From contig JAPLKO010000047.1 of assembly GCA_026388015.1 (NCBI GenBank), positions 108,424 to 172,423 of the forward strand: a DNA stretch of 64,000 nucleotides, in the 5' to 3' direction. The stretch's first letter is position 1. Each line of letters starts with the position of its first letter. This document shows positions 1 to 9,681 of this stretch, in pieces. The stretch comes from Candidatus Firestoneibacteriota bacterium. Lineage in GTDB: Bacteria > Oederibacteriota > D2-FULL-39-29. The notes beneath the pieces are model-generated. The model made no database searches. It was not told where the DNA came from and saw only the letters and a list, made by a program, of their open reading frames with translations. Position numbers and translations under genes: made by a program.

Positions 1-151
1 AGGCAGCCCCGGTCGCGCCCAGAGCGATATATAAGCCCGCAAGTATCGCATACATAAAGAGTTCATAGACATTGAGTGCAGCTTTTTTCTTACCTATCCC
101 CACCAAAGTATCATTTATTTCTTTGGGAGTTAATATTAAAGACTCCGGCAT
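1..151 (-). CDS. Formate/nitrite transporter (FNT) family protein, 5' part only (runs off window)
   Basis: Manual translation from ATG at 151: MPESLILTPKEINDTLVGIGKKKAALNVYELFMYAILAGLYIALGA, matching the FNT N-terminus (TPxEI...GxxKA...ILAGxYIAxG); GAGGG RBS upstream. Confidence 0.75.
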   Translation of the reverse strand, partial: MPESLILTPKEINDTLVGIGKKKAALNVYELFMYAILAGLYIALGATGAA

Positions 152-175
152 CTTTCCCTCCAGTTGAAGCTTTTG

Positions 176-772
176 TTATTTTATACTTACTACTCTTACT
201 TTAAATATCAAATCTTTGCCCGCAAGAAAATGATTAAAATCCAACAGTACTTTTTCTCCCGTAACATCGCCGATTACCGCCGTCATAGTTTGCCCGCTCT
301 GGTGTTTTAGCCCGACTTTCTCGCCTTTAATCAGCTTATAATCCCGAGGGAAGAAGCTTTTTTCTACAAACTGAAGCATCTTTTCATCTCTATTTCCGTA
401 GGCATCTTCCGCCTTAATATTTATTATCTTTTCCTCATCAAGCTTCATTCCTGCAACTCCGTCATCAAAGCCTTTAATCATCTGACCTGCTCCTACCGTA
501 AAACCAAGAGGTGTGCGGCCTTTTGAACTGTCAAAAATCGAGCCGTCTAATAATTTACCTTCATAATCTACTTCTATGTTATCACCCTTGTTTACCACTG
601 TCTTTACCATCTTCTTCTCCTCCAATACTTTAGCTTCAGAAGTTAAGATATTGGCTTCTGAAAGCATCATTTTTACTTCTGGTGATACAGCTTTCACTTC
701 CGGGGTTAGATTATTTGCCGCAAAAGCTAGGAACATCGCAAAAACCATATAATTCACAAAAAACCTCCGCAT
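176..772 (-). CDS. FKBP-type peptidyl-prolyl isomerase (SlyD-like) with N-terminal signal-like extension
   Basis: VDYEGKLLDGSIFDSS, GAGQMIKGFDDG, AEDAYG and LDFNHFLAGKDLIF motifs; insert-in-flap region present. Confidence 0.9.
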   Translation of the reverse strand: MRRFFVNYMVFAMFLAFAANNLTPEVKAVSPEVKMMLSEANILTSEAKVLEEKKMVKTVVNKGDNIEVDYEGKLLDGSIFDSSKGRTPLGFTVGAGQMIKGFDDGVAGMKLDEEKIINIKAEDAYGNRDEKMLQFVEKSFFPRDYKLIKGEKVGLKHQSGQTMTAVIGDVTGEKVLLDFNHFLAGKDLIFKVRVVSIK

Positions 773-805
773 TTACCTAAAACGCATTATTAAAACACAG
801 TTATT

Positions 806-834
806 ATTGTAAAGCAGGAAGGAAGTAATGTCAA
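806..834 (-). promoter_or_regulatory. sigma70-type promoter for the FKBP gene
   Basis: TTGACA-N17-TACAAT on minus strand. Confidence 0.6.
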
Positions 835-899
835 TAAAAAACCCCCGCTAAAAAAATCGCTACATTCAAATACCGGAAACGTGATTTTGATTTCCTTAT

Positions 900-2219
900 T
901 TATTTAGTCTGTTTTTCAGGATTCGCCATAAAGGTTTGTATATTTGATGAGCACCTTAATCTGCTTACTTCTATATATAAAAAGAAAAAAAGCAATATAA
1001 GGCCAAGTATTTGTGGCGCAGTCAAAAAGATAACCCACCAGCCGGAGCCAAAATGAACCATTGCGTTCCAACCCCTTGTATTAAGCATCATAATGAGAAG
1101 AAGAAAGACACCGGTTTTTGTCACGGGTTTTAGCTTTGAATAATAGATTACAACCAGTAGCGGCAAGAAAGCGTAGATAAGGTGGTGTATCTCCAATAAT
1201 GTTTGAAGGAGCAGCATAAAAACAAGACAGGAGGAGAATGCAAGTACCCGGCTTTCGTAACTTCGTAATATTTTTGCCCGGACAAGTATAATACCTGTAA
1301 CTGAAATAATCACTGCAGCTATTACCGCCGTAAAGGTGTTTGCCAGTGTTTTGGATATTAAAAGCGGTGTCACCATAGGGTTTTCCAGAAAAACCCTGCT
1401 AAAAAGCGAAGTCAGCGCTTTGTTGTTATCCAGCAGGTAAGAGCCGGCTAGTTTCGGCAGGATGTAAGTCAGATAATAATAGAGGTTCGAAAGCCCTATC
1501 GGTAAACCGCTTAATAAAAGTATTCCGAGACCAAAGCCGGCATAATAAACTATATAATCTTTTCTTTTTGAAAAAAACAGGAAATAAAGCGCCAAAGCCA
1601 CCGGAGTTACTTTAAGAACTGAAGCAAAAGCGAGTAAGAAAGCCGATAACTTGCTTTGCCCTCTTTCTTCATATATAAAAGCAGCCAGACACAGGGAGTA
1701 GACAAAATAGTTAACCTGCCCCAGGCTGAAGGTTTCATAAGAAGGCATAGAACCAAGAAAAAGCAGAAGTGTGAGCGCTGTTATCAAGGCGAATGGTCTC
1801 GAATTAATTATCAGAAGAGTAAGACATACGGAAGACGCAAAAATAAAGAGATTTATAATATTCCAGAAAACCACTGCCGAGGGATATTTTAAATAAGTCA
1901 GCGGCACCAGAAGCAGCGATAAAACAGGCGGATAGGTATATGCGTATTTTTCCGGTACGGAAAACTTTATCCCCATTCTTTCAAGTTCTTCCGGTTTAAC
2001 AACGTTCACAATATGATTATCCCGAATATCTATAGAATCATACGGAGAGCCTTTTTGCTTTATTGCATCCGCCGCTATATAGTATGAAGTAAAATCAGTA
2101 TAACTGACCGCGGGGCATAAGAGAGTCTTGATAATAAATTTCTCGGAGAAAAGAACGACGGCAAGGAGAATAGTAATATAATAAACCGCTCTTGTGATTT
2201 TCTTTGGCATTATCTCCAT
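900..2219 (-). CDS. GT87/DUF2029-like polytopic membrane glycosyltransferase (GT-C fold)
   Basis: DFxxYY, YTYPP, LGQVN and LKVTP motifs; many hydrophobic segments. Confidence 0.8.
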   Translation of the reverse strand: MEIMPKKITRAVYYITILLAVVLFSEKFIIKTLLCPAVSYTDFTSYYIAADAIKQKGSPYDSIDIRDNHIVNVVKPEELERMGIKFSVPEKYAYTYPPVLSLLLVPLTYLKYPSAVVFWNIINLFIFASSVCLTLLIINSRPFALITALTLLLFLGSMPSYETFSLGQVNYFVYSLCLAAFIYEERGQSKLSAFLLAFASVLKVTPVALALYFLFFSKRKDYIVYYAGFGLGILLLSGLPIGLSNLYYYLTYILPKLAGSYLLDNNKALTSLFSRVFLENPMVTPLLISKTLANTFTAVIAAVIISVTGIILVRAKILRSYESRVLAFSSCLVFMLLLQTLLEIHHLIYAFLPLLVVIYYSKLKPVTKTGVFLLLIMMLNTRGWNAMVHFGSGWWVIFLTAPQILGLILLFFFLYIEVSRLRCSSNIQTFMANPEKQTK

Positions 2220-2270
2220 AAGGCTATTATACCAAGCAGCAAACGTTATTTAAATGCTTGATATTTCGGC

Positions 2271-3296
2271 TTAATATTTATGGTTACTTAAAAACCCGGT
2301 GGGTTTATTCCAGTCTTTTCCGCCGTTTTTCACCCAGTGAACGGCTGCTTCGAGCATCTCCTCGGGTTTATCCCGGTAAGCGCCGAACTTTTTAACTGAA
2401 AAGCTGTCGCAATTGATCTTTCCGGCTTTGTCCGGGGTTTTCACTACTTTAACTTTTTTCCCCATTATCTTTGCCATTTTCTCAATAAGCTCTTTAAGAT
2501 CAACAATCGGCCCGCAGCAGTTAATAGGTCTCGGCGGATTTGAAGCAAGCGTAAGGGATTTGATCGCCACCTCATTTGCATCCCGCTGTGAAATAAGATT
2601 TACGTAGTTACTCATAAGAGTAATAGTTTTTTCGGTTTTTAGCATTTTCGCAATATCCACAAGAACTCCGTAATACAAATGTTGGGCATAAGCCAACCGG
2701 TAAAGCGCCACCTTGGTACCGTATTTCTCACTGATTATGTTAAAAGTATTTTCTCTGCCTACAACCGTCCAGCCGTAAATCCCCTGCGGATCTATAGGCG
2801 TATCTTCAACCGCCCCGCCGATCTTTCGCTCCATTTTAGGATAAAGATTTGTCGTAGAAAAGCAGGTAATGTTAGAATTCTTGAATTTTTCCCCGACAAG
2901 ATAAGGCATTATTATATTCATATGGTACGCCCGCTGGTAGTTCATAGAGGTCCCAAACTTAAATCCGGCCATATAATAAACATTTTTTGCTTCCGGTAGT
3001 TTTTTCAAAAAAGCAGAGTCGCTCAGGTCGCCTTTATACGTCTTTATCCCGAGATTTTCCAGTTTGATGATATTATCAGGGTTAGAAAACGTGGACGCTA
3101 CATAATATTTTCTTTCTCTTCCCGCGGCTTTATCGGCGTTAAGGATGAGCTGCATAAGTTCCAGTCCCATTTTTCCCGTGGCACCCAGCCCTATGATATC
3201 ACCTTTTATTTTTCCGACAGTACGGATCAGGGACAGGGACGGGCTGGTCATAAAAGCATTTAGTTCAGCGTCTGTTCGAATATCTTTATAGTTCAT
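2271..3296 (-). CDS. NAD-dependent epimerase/dehydratase family protein
   Basis: GATGKMG Rossmann motif, YMAGFKFGT, FSTTNLYP; start overlaps the upstream DHDPS-like gene. Confidence 0.8.
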   Translation of the reverse strand: MNYKDIRTDAELNAFMTSPSLSLIRTVGKIKGDIIGLGATGKMGLELMQLILNADKAAGRERKYYVASTFSNPDNIIKLENLGIKTYKGDLSDSAFLKKLPEAKNVYYMAGFKFGTSMNYQRAYHMNIIMPYLVGEKFKNSNITCFSTTNLYPKMERKIGGAVEDTPIDPQGIYGWTVVGRENTFNIISEKYGTKVALYRLAYAQHLYYGVLVDIAKMLKTEKTITLMSNYVNLISQRDANEVAIKSLTLASNPPRPINCCGPIVDLKELIEKMAKIMGKKVKVVKTPDKAGKINCDSFSVKKFGAYRDKPEEMLEAAVHWVKNGGKDWNKPTGFLSNHKY

Positions 3297-4369
3297 TTTA
3301 AACCAGCCTCTTTTTTCCAGGAGTCTATATTCTTCCTGACAAACTCCTTATCGCTCACCACCGATTTGTATTCATTGTCGTACCTGGCGTTTACTACATT
3401 TTTTATCTTATTATCGCCTTTATATTCAAAACAATACGGAGATTTTATAAGCCCGAGGTAACTAAGCCTGTACTTTACGGCCCAGGTGCTGTTTTTGAAG
3501 TTATTCGGATACGCGTCAAAAAGCACCATGTTACATGCAGTTACGGCATCAAGGACTTCCGTAACGCTGAATTTGAACGGCCAATTTTTCTTTCCCGCTT
3601 TATAATCCCTTACCGCCTGAGTCCACTTCACTGCGGCATGCGTGTCCGTCGCATAATGCCCGAGGAGCCCGCCGTCCATAGTCACCGTATTCCCTTTGAA
3701 GGTATAATTTCTCATAAGATCGCCGACAATATGGTCATCATTACCGGAGACTATTGTTAGGTTCTTTCTGTTCTTTGAAGCGGCTGCCGCTTCCATTGCG
3801 GTCAAAGTCCGGTACCGGTCAAACGGCGCAAGTTTTGCTCCGTAGGCGATTTTAAATAACTCTTCCCAGAATTCATAATGATAATCTATTCCGCCTGCTT
3901 TGGTCTGCAGGTGAAAACCAAAAATCGGAATTACGGAAGCCATATCTTTACAGACGCTAATCATTTTCTTTGTATTCCCCTCGATACCTTTAAAAAATTT
4001 TGGGGAAAAGATTACAACATCGTAACCGTGCTTAGCTGACATTTCCACGTGTTTCATATTGTGCACCATCGACATAAGAAGCATCCTGTTACCGTGGATC
4101 TTCACCATGGATTTCACAAGTTTCAGCCAGTACTCATACAGCTCATAATGTTTTTTTTCCGGCAGGATTCCGTAACCGCAGAACTCACCGGTGTGCGCCC
4201 CGGGCACCACACATCCCGCGCCGCTTTTTATATAGTACATCATAAGTAACCGCAAATCATCCACCACAACTTCTTTTTTGACGTCAAGCGGAAGAGGACA
4301 GGGAACCCAGACTCCGCCTTCCTTCATTATAGAATGCGCATTCTCATTCATCTTAACATAGCCTGCCAT
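3293..4369 (-). CDS. Dihydrodipicolinate synthase (DHDPS)-like class I aldolase family protein
   Basis: PxPLxLD, GAHTGEF, KLAPFDRYRT (Schiff-base Lys), SGNDDHIV and GGLLGH motifs. Confidence 0.75.
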   Translation of the reverse strand: MAGYVKMNENAHSIMKEGGVWVPCPLPLDVKKEVVVDDLRLLMMYYIKSGAGCVVPGAHTGEFCGYGILPEKKHYELYEYWLKLVKSMVKIHGNRMLLMSMVHNMKHVEMSAKHGYDVVIFSPKFFKGIEGNTKKMISVCKDMASVIPIFGFHLQTKAGGIDYHYEFWEELFKIAYGAKLAPFDRYRTLTAMEAAAASKNRKNLTIVSGNDDHIVGDLMRNYTFKGNTVTMDGGLLGHYATDTHAAVKWTQAVRDYKAGKKNWPFKFSVTEVLDAVTACNMVLFDAYPNNFKNSTWAVKYRLSYLGLIKSPYCFEYKGDNKIKNVVNARYDNEYKSVVSDKEFVRKNIDSWKKEAGLK

Positions 4370-4418
4370 ATTAGGACCTCCAGTTAATTTACCTTATTAT
4401 TTTCTCGAAGATGAAAAC

Positions 4419-4448
4419 ATTATACGTTATTTCAAATACACTTTTCAA
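4419..4448 (-). promoter_or_regulatory. sigma70-type promoter for the DHDPS-like/epimerase pair
   Basis: TTGAAA-N18-TATAAT on minus strand. Confidence 0.5.
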
Positions 4449-4727
4449 ATCATTTGGCAACTCGGCCTTTCTCTACATCCCGCAATACAGATACATCTCT
4501 ATTCATCTTTTTTATGGAGAATCAAATACCGTCAGATTTTTATTGCTTTCGTCTCTTTCTATTCTCCATTGCGTTGCTTTTTCTTTTTAGGAACGAATTT
4601 TAGCTCCTAAAAAGAAAACTCCGTAACAGCGTTTTTAAGTTACTTTGCAAGAGAGCTGACATTTCTTTCATTGACTCTAAACACTCCCGAAAACACGGCC
4701 TGCAACACTTTCAAATTTTTTTTAAGG

Positions 4728-6178
4728 CTAATCTTTTTTTCTTCTTTTTATGATATTACCTACTATTTTGCCTGAATATGCCACAGGGAAGAGCATATAG
4801 CTGAAGAGAACGCCCATGCCTTCTAAAAAACCGCCTCCCAGCCCGGAGACAACAGATTGTCTCACTTTTGTCATGTTTTCTTCCTGTGGCTCCGTAACTT
4901 TTTTGAGAAGCCTTATAGGTAGTCCCCGCATAAAGATCCCGAGAATAAAAACCACCTGAAAACCGCCAAGGACATAAAAACCAAAATCTAATTTATTAGT
5001 ACCGATAGAGTCGATGATAAAGCCGGAAACCAGCGGGGCTACAAAGGCCGCAATGCTTGGGAGAAGCATATTTACGGAAAGGTAAAAAGACCGGTCTTCT
5101 TTAGGCGCCAGCTTGAAAACTATATTAAACACAGCTATATTAAAACCGGCCCAAGCCAGTCCTGAGAAGGCGTAAAGAACCGGGATAGTAACAAAGTAAT
5201 TAGAAGTAGTCGTGACCGCCCAAACATACGGAGTAAAACCTATAATATTTGCGCAAATAAGCATTACGGGCTTGTTGCCGTATTTGTCCGCAATCCTTCC
5301 CCAAAACGACATTAGGCTGAGACTGCTGACGTTTCCCACTATACCTATCATCGTAATCAAAGTATAACTGAGCTTTAGCTCTTTTATCATAAAAACATAC
5401 AGATAAACATTCATAAAAGCTATACCAAAAGCCCAAGCAACGTTAAACCAGACAAGATTCATAAAATTTTTATTTGCAAAAGCTTTTAATGTTTTTTTCC
5501 AAACCAGGTCCAGAGAGAACGCATCCCTAGAAATATCAGGAGTTCTGGTATCCGGTAATCGTGTAAAATAATAATAAGACATAAAACCGGCAGCAGCGCC
5601 TATCAAATAAACCATTGAGAAACCTACATGTTTAGACGGCATATAATCAAGAAATATGCCGAGCAAAATACCTGCTATCATACCCACAAGACCGGCGACT
5701 ATAGATCTTCTGCCCATATAATAACCGCGTACTTTCTCCGGAATAATCTCACCCATCCAGCTGGTCCAGGAGATTGCCGAAGGTACGTTAATAATATTTA
5801 TTATCAGAAAAACACCGACAAAAAAAGAAGAGGAAAAGTAATACCGTTAAAATAAACAAGGAGGGGGATAAGAGCAACGATTACCCAGAGAAATTTCTGA
5901 GGAAGCGAAGTTCTTAGCGTTATCATTTTCTTGGACTCCGCCCGATCCACAAGATGCGAAACAAACGGGGCAAAAATATTTACGATCATCGGAATAGAAG
6001 TAATTATACCCACCTGAGTGTTATTAGCGCCGAGAGTCAAAAGATAGCCGGTAAGGAACACCCCTCCCGGAAAGATAGTTATGAACTGTATAACTCCGAA
6101 AAACACTTCAAATAGAATATCAGAATATACTTTGGAAGATATCTCTGCTTTAAATATTTTTGTTTCATGTTCTGCCAC
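4728..6178 (-). pseudogene. MFS transporter split by a 1-nt frameshift (ORFs 5804-6178 and 4728-5756)
   Basis: Adding one base to the A7 run at 5820-5826 joins the frames as ...FPLLFFVGVFLIINIINVPSAISWTSWMGEIIP...; WGRIADKYGNK MFS motif. May be a sequencing error. Confidence 0.8.
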
Positions 6179-6189
6179 TTTTCACCTGC

Positions 6190-6660
6190 TTATCTTAATT
6201 TTTCCGCAAAAGCTGAGATTTTCTCTTCTTTTATCCTAAAAACGCTTTCCTTTACTTTTACAATCTTCCTGACCACAAACCGTTCAAGAAAGTTAAGCTT
6301 GGAAAAATCAAAGATTCCTCCAAAATAATCCTTAGCAGTGGCCCGCTCGTAGAGTTCTGCCGGAAAATTATTTTTCAACTCTCTTTCTGCCTGCCCCTTC
6401 TCCATCATGCAAACAATAAAAAGCCCTAACTTTTTAGTTTTAAGCAGCTCAATATTTTTTGCGCAATATTTTATTACAACAGGGCGGAGCCTTCCGGCGT
6501 AGACGGAGCCACCTATTATTATCGTGTCAAAAGGCATAACATCAAAATCCGGTTTTTCTTTAATATCGACCAGCTCCGAACCAAATATCTTATATTTTAG
6601 TAGTTCGGCGCATTTTTTTGCCGCTCCGTGTTTTGAAGCGTACAGAATAGCGGTTTTCAT
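6190..6660 (-). CDS. Flavodoxin-domain protein (HemG-like)
   Basis: ILYASKHGAAKKCA, IIGGSVYAG, FGGIFDFSKLNFLER. Confidence 0.85.
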   Translation of the reverse strand: MKTAILYASKHGAAKKCAELLKYKIFGSELVDIKEKPDFDVMPFDTIIIGGSVYAGRLRPVVIKYCAKNIELLKTKKLGLFIVCMMEKGQAERELKNNFPAELYERATAKDYFGGIFDFSKLNFLERFVVRKIVKVKESVFRIKEEKISAFAEKLR

Positions 6661-6699
6661 TTAGCTTCCTCAAATTAGAAACATTGCTATTAAACAATA

Positions 6700-6727
6700 A
6701 TTATACCACTAAAGACAAAAATGTCAA
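6700..6727 (-). promoter_or_regulatory. sigma70-type promoter for the flavodoxin-MFS unit
   Basis: TTGACA-N16-TATAAT preceded by TGG (extended -10). Confidence 0.55.
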
Positions 6728-6776
6728 AAACTATATCTGCATAACGGAAGATTTTGCCGGCATTCTAATTGGTTGC

Positions 6777-7541
6777 CTAAAAACATCTATTTTTTGTTAA
6801 TACCGCAACGTAGGAGTAGTCTTTTGTAGGAAAAACCCTGCTTAACTGCCAGCCGGTGCCTTTTACCATTTCTTTAAGCTCTATCCGTGATACTCTTATG
6901 TAGTCAAACCAGGAGGTTTCATATCTGCCGTAACAAAGCTTCACCCGGAAAGAGCCCGGATGCCTTTTTTTCTTTCTATTAAAAGCCCGGTAATCCCGGA
7001 AGTAGGCAGTGTTGGAGTCATAACTTTCAGTTATTATCTTTGCGCCGGGCGGAGTTAGCTTATAAAACCTCTTAAGAAGAGCCTTTGCCTTTTTTTCCGT
7101 ACCAAAAAGCCCGAAATTGTTGCAGAGAAGAAGCAGCGTATCAAAACACCCTGTTTTCTCATTGATATCTTCTATCCTGAGAATTTTAGCCTTCTTTAAC
7201 CCGCGAAGTTTACAAACCTTTATCGCAAGCGGAGAGTTATCTATCCCCGTAACATCTATCCGTTTACTCTGTAGATATATTGAATGCCTCCCCACTCCGC
7301 ATCCTATATCCAGCACTTTTTCATTTTTCTTTATAAGGCGAAAAGCCCGCTTTTCTCTTATAGGCCATTTTTTATACCCGTCAAAATATACCTTAACCCC
7401 TCCCGCATCCGACAAAAACCCGTCGTCTCTCTTTGCCAATAAGAAATTAACCCCCTTAGTATAATACGCCCAAACCGCTCGCCCAAAAGCATCTTTGTTA
7501 TTTTGCATCTTCATATTATTCATCTCCGGGTTTTTCCGCAC
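6777..7541 (-). CDS. Class I SAM-dependent methyltransferase
   Basis: VLDIGCGVGRH motif I, GIDNSP; true start may be one of the downstream Met codons. Confidence 0.85.
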   Translation of the reverse strand: MRKNPEMNNMKMQNNKDAFGRAVWAYYTKGVNFLLAKRDDGFLSDAGGVKVYFDGYKKWPIREKRAFRLIKKNEKVLDIGCGVGRHSIYLQSKRIDVTGIDNSPLAIKVCKLRGLKKAKILRIEDINEKTGCFDTLLLLCNNFGLFGTEKKAKALLKRFYKLTPPGAKIITESYDSNTAYFRDYRAFNRKKKRHPGSFRVKLCYGRYETSWFDYIRVSRIELKEMVKGTGWQLSRVFPTKDYSYVAVLTKNRCF

Positions 7542-7622
7542 TATCTCTAATATTCTATGTTTTCTATTTAGAATAGGGTCATTTTTTTGCTATAATACCT
7601 GTATTCTACCATATCCAAATAT

Positions 7623-7693
7623 TCCGGGGTAGTGTAATGGTAACACAGCGGCCTTTGACGTCGCCCTTCGTGGTTCGAGTCCACGCCCCGGAG
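7623..7693 (+). tRNA. tRNA-Gln (anticodon TTG); CCA not encoded
   Basis: Cloverleaf: acceptor TCCGGGG/CCCCGGA, D-arm GTGT-AATGGTA-ACAC, anticodon arm GCGGC-CTTTGAC-GTCGC, T-arm CGTGG-TTCGAGT-CCACG, discriminator G. Confidence 0.95.
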
Positions 7694-7735
7694 CAAAAAT
7701 TGCTCGGGCAATTTTATATACTCAGGAAACCCCAA

Positions 7736-8431
7736 GTGAAAACTACAGCTACTTCCGACATAGTCGCATTCTTAAAAAAACAAGGCATCCCTTTGTTCGG
7801 CTTTGCCGACTTGGGAGTTATTCCTTTGGATAAGAGGTATGCATTTCCCCGCGCAATATCTTTTGCCTTCCCTATAGAAAAGAAAATAGCGCTGGAGATA
7901 ATTGACGGGCCTACTTCGGCTTACTACCGCGAATATAACAGATTAAATGAGCTGCTCCTTAATATCGGTAAAGATATTGAATATTTTATAATTAGCAAAG
8001 GGTTCAGGGCAAAAGCGCTGGAAGCAACGGTAAGAAAATTAGACGATTCAACTCTTTCTACCATCCTCCCCCACAAAACCTCAGCTACTCTTGCCGGACT
8101 CGGCTGGATAGGAAAATCCGCCTTGCTGGTTACTGATAAATTCGGTTCTGCAATGAGACTAAGTACGGTACTTACGGATATGCCTCTTGAAACAGGAGTC
8201 CCTGTAACAGAATCAAAATGCGGGGATTGCATAATCTGTGTTACAAAATGCCCTTCAAAAGCTATTAAAGGTTGTAACTGGAAAACCGGTATGAAACGGG
8301 AAGAGCTTTACGACGCCTTTCTTTGCAGAAAAAAAGCAAAAGAACTCTCCGACACAATCGGAGCAAACCATACAATCTGTGGCATCTGCATCGCCCACTG
8401 CCCGCATACGGTAAAATATTTGAAAAGTTAG
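7736..8431 (+). CDS. Epoxyqueuosine reductase (QueG)-like 4Fe-4S protein
   Basis: HKTSATLAGLGWIGKSALL, RLSTVLTD, CGDCIICVTKCP, CGICIAHCP; start moved to in-frame GTG 7736 (AGGA upstream) because the track start at 7637 lies inside the tRNA. Confidence 0.75.
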   Translation: MKTTATSDIVAFLKKQGIPLFGFADLGVIPLDKRYAFPRAISFAFPIEKKIALEIIDGPTSAYYREYNRLNELLLNIGKDIEYFIISKGFRAKALEATVRKLDDSTLSTILPHKTSATLAGLGWIGKSALLVTDKFGSAMRLSTVLTDMPLETGVPVTESKCGDCIICVTKCPSKAIKGCNWKTGMKREELYDAFLCRKKAKELSDTIGANHTICGICIAHCPHTVKYLKS

Positions 8432-9663
8432 TTTGCCTTTATCATTAACTCCGCAAAGATTGAAGCGGTGTCTGATATGTTGCCTACGGTTGTGCACTCG
8501 TCATCACCGTGGATGTTCTTTCCGCTTATTCCGTAGGCTACCGCGGGTTTCTTTAATACCGTGGAAAACAGGGCTGAGTCAAGACGGCCTCCGGTCAGTA
8601 TCATCTCAGGGGTTTTGCCGTAAAACTCTTTGAGTATTCCGGCAAGAAGAGTACAGATCGGAGCTGTGGTCGGAATACTTCCGGATATAATATCTTCTGT
8701 CTTAATGCTTACCTTGAACTTTCCATCTTTCTTTGCGACGTTTTGGATGAGTTTCACTATCTCATTTCTTGCTTTTACTATGTTTTCTTCCGGAAGGATC
8801 CTTCGGTCTATGGTGAACATAAATTTATCAGGCACAGCGTTGCTTTTTATCCCGCCTTCCGTCACTCCGCCTATCATCATTGTTGCGACACTGCTTATCC
8901 ACTTATCAGTTTTGTATTTTGTTTTTCTTTTCTCAAGTATTTTTCTAAACTTCTCAAGTTCTTCCACTATTTTAATAGCTTTTAAAAAGGCGTTTACGCC
9001 GTCCGTGTGCCTTCCTGCGTGAGCGGGTTTTCCGTGCACGGTGACATCAAAGTTAACAATCCCTCTGTGCGCTACCGTGAGAACATTTCCGCCTCCCCCG
9101 TCCCCCTCGATAACAACATCCGCTTTAGGAATCTTTTTATGGCAGAGATACCCGGAGCCGCACTGCCCGCTAATCTCCTCATCCGGAACAAAACTAAACT
9201 CAAGATTCCATGCCGGCTTAACACCGAGTTTTTTCAGGATTTTCACCGCAAGGAGCATGGCAACAATACTCCCTTTCATATCAGCCGTTCCCCTTCCGAT
9301 AAGAACATCTTTCTTTACACGGAGTTTAAAAGGATCTCCCGTAAAACCGTTTGAAGCCGGAACCACGTCAAAATGCCCGTTAAAATGAAGGGTTTTCTTT
9401 GCCCCCGTATTCCAGTGCGCCATCAGAATCCAACGCGGATACTTCTGATTTTCAGCCGGAATCGTTTTTAAGAATTTCTTATCTTTCACCAGAAACTGTT
9501 TTGTTATAAGCCCGAGTTTTTTACACTCTTTCTCGAGTATATTAACCATAAGTTTATAATTAAGCCCCGGATTTGAAAGCGTAGGAACCGCCACAAACCT
9601 CCCGAGGGTTTCTATAATGTATTTTCTTTCTTTTTTTATCTCGACTTTAAATTTTTTAAGCAT
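8428..9663 (-). CDS. M20 family metallopeptidase (ArgE/DapE-like deacylase)
   Basis: HFNGHFDVVP, GRGTADMKG, PDEE, IHGDDE motifs. Confidence 0.9.
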   Translation of the reverse strand: MLKKFKVEIKKERKYIIETLGRFVAVPTLSNPGLNYKLMVNILEKECKKLGLITKQFLVKDKKFLKTIPAENQKYPRWILMAHWNTGAKKTLHFNGHFDVVPASNGFTGDPFKLRVKKDVLIGRGTADMKGSIVAMLLAVKILKKLGVKPAWNLEFSFVPDEEISGQCGSGYLCHKKIPKADVVIEGDGGGGNVLTVAHRGIVNFDVTVHGKPAHAGRHTDGVNAFLKAIKIVEELEKFRKILEKRKTKYKTDKWISSVATMMIGGVTEGGIKSNAVPDKFMFTIDRRILPEENIVKARNEIVKLIQNVAKKDGKFKVSIKTEDIISGSIPTTAPICTLLAGILKEFYGKTPEMILTGGRLDSALFSTVLKKPAVAYGISGKNIHGDDECTTVGNISDTASIFAELMIKAN

Positions 9664-9681
9664 GTTGTTCTCCTTCTAAAA

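Noticed and set aside
7637-7735. N-terminal extension of ORF 7637..8431
   Set aside because: Overlaps a complete tRNA-Gln; the in-frame GTG at 7736 with an upstream AGGA is the better start.
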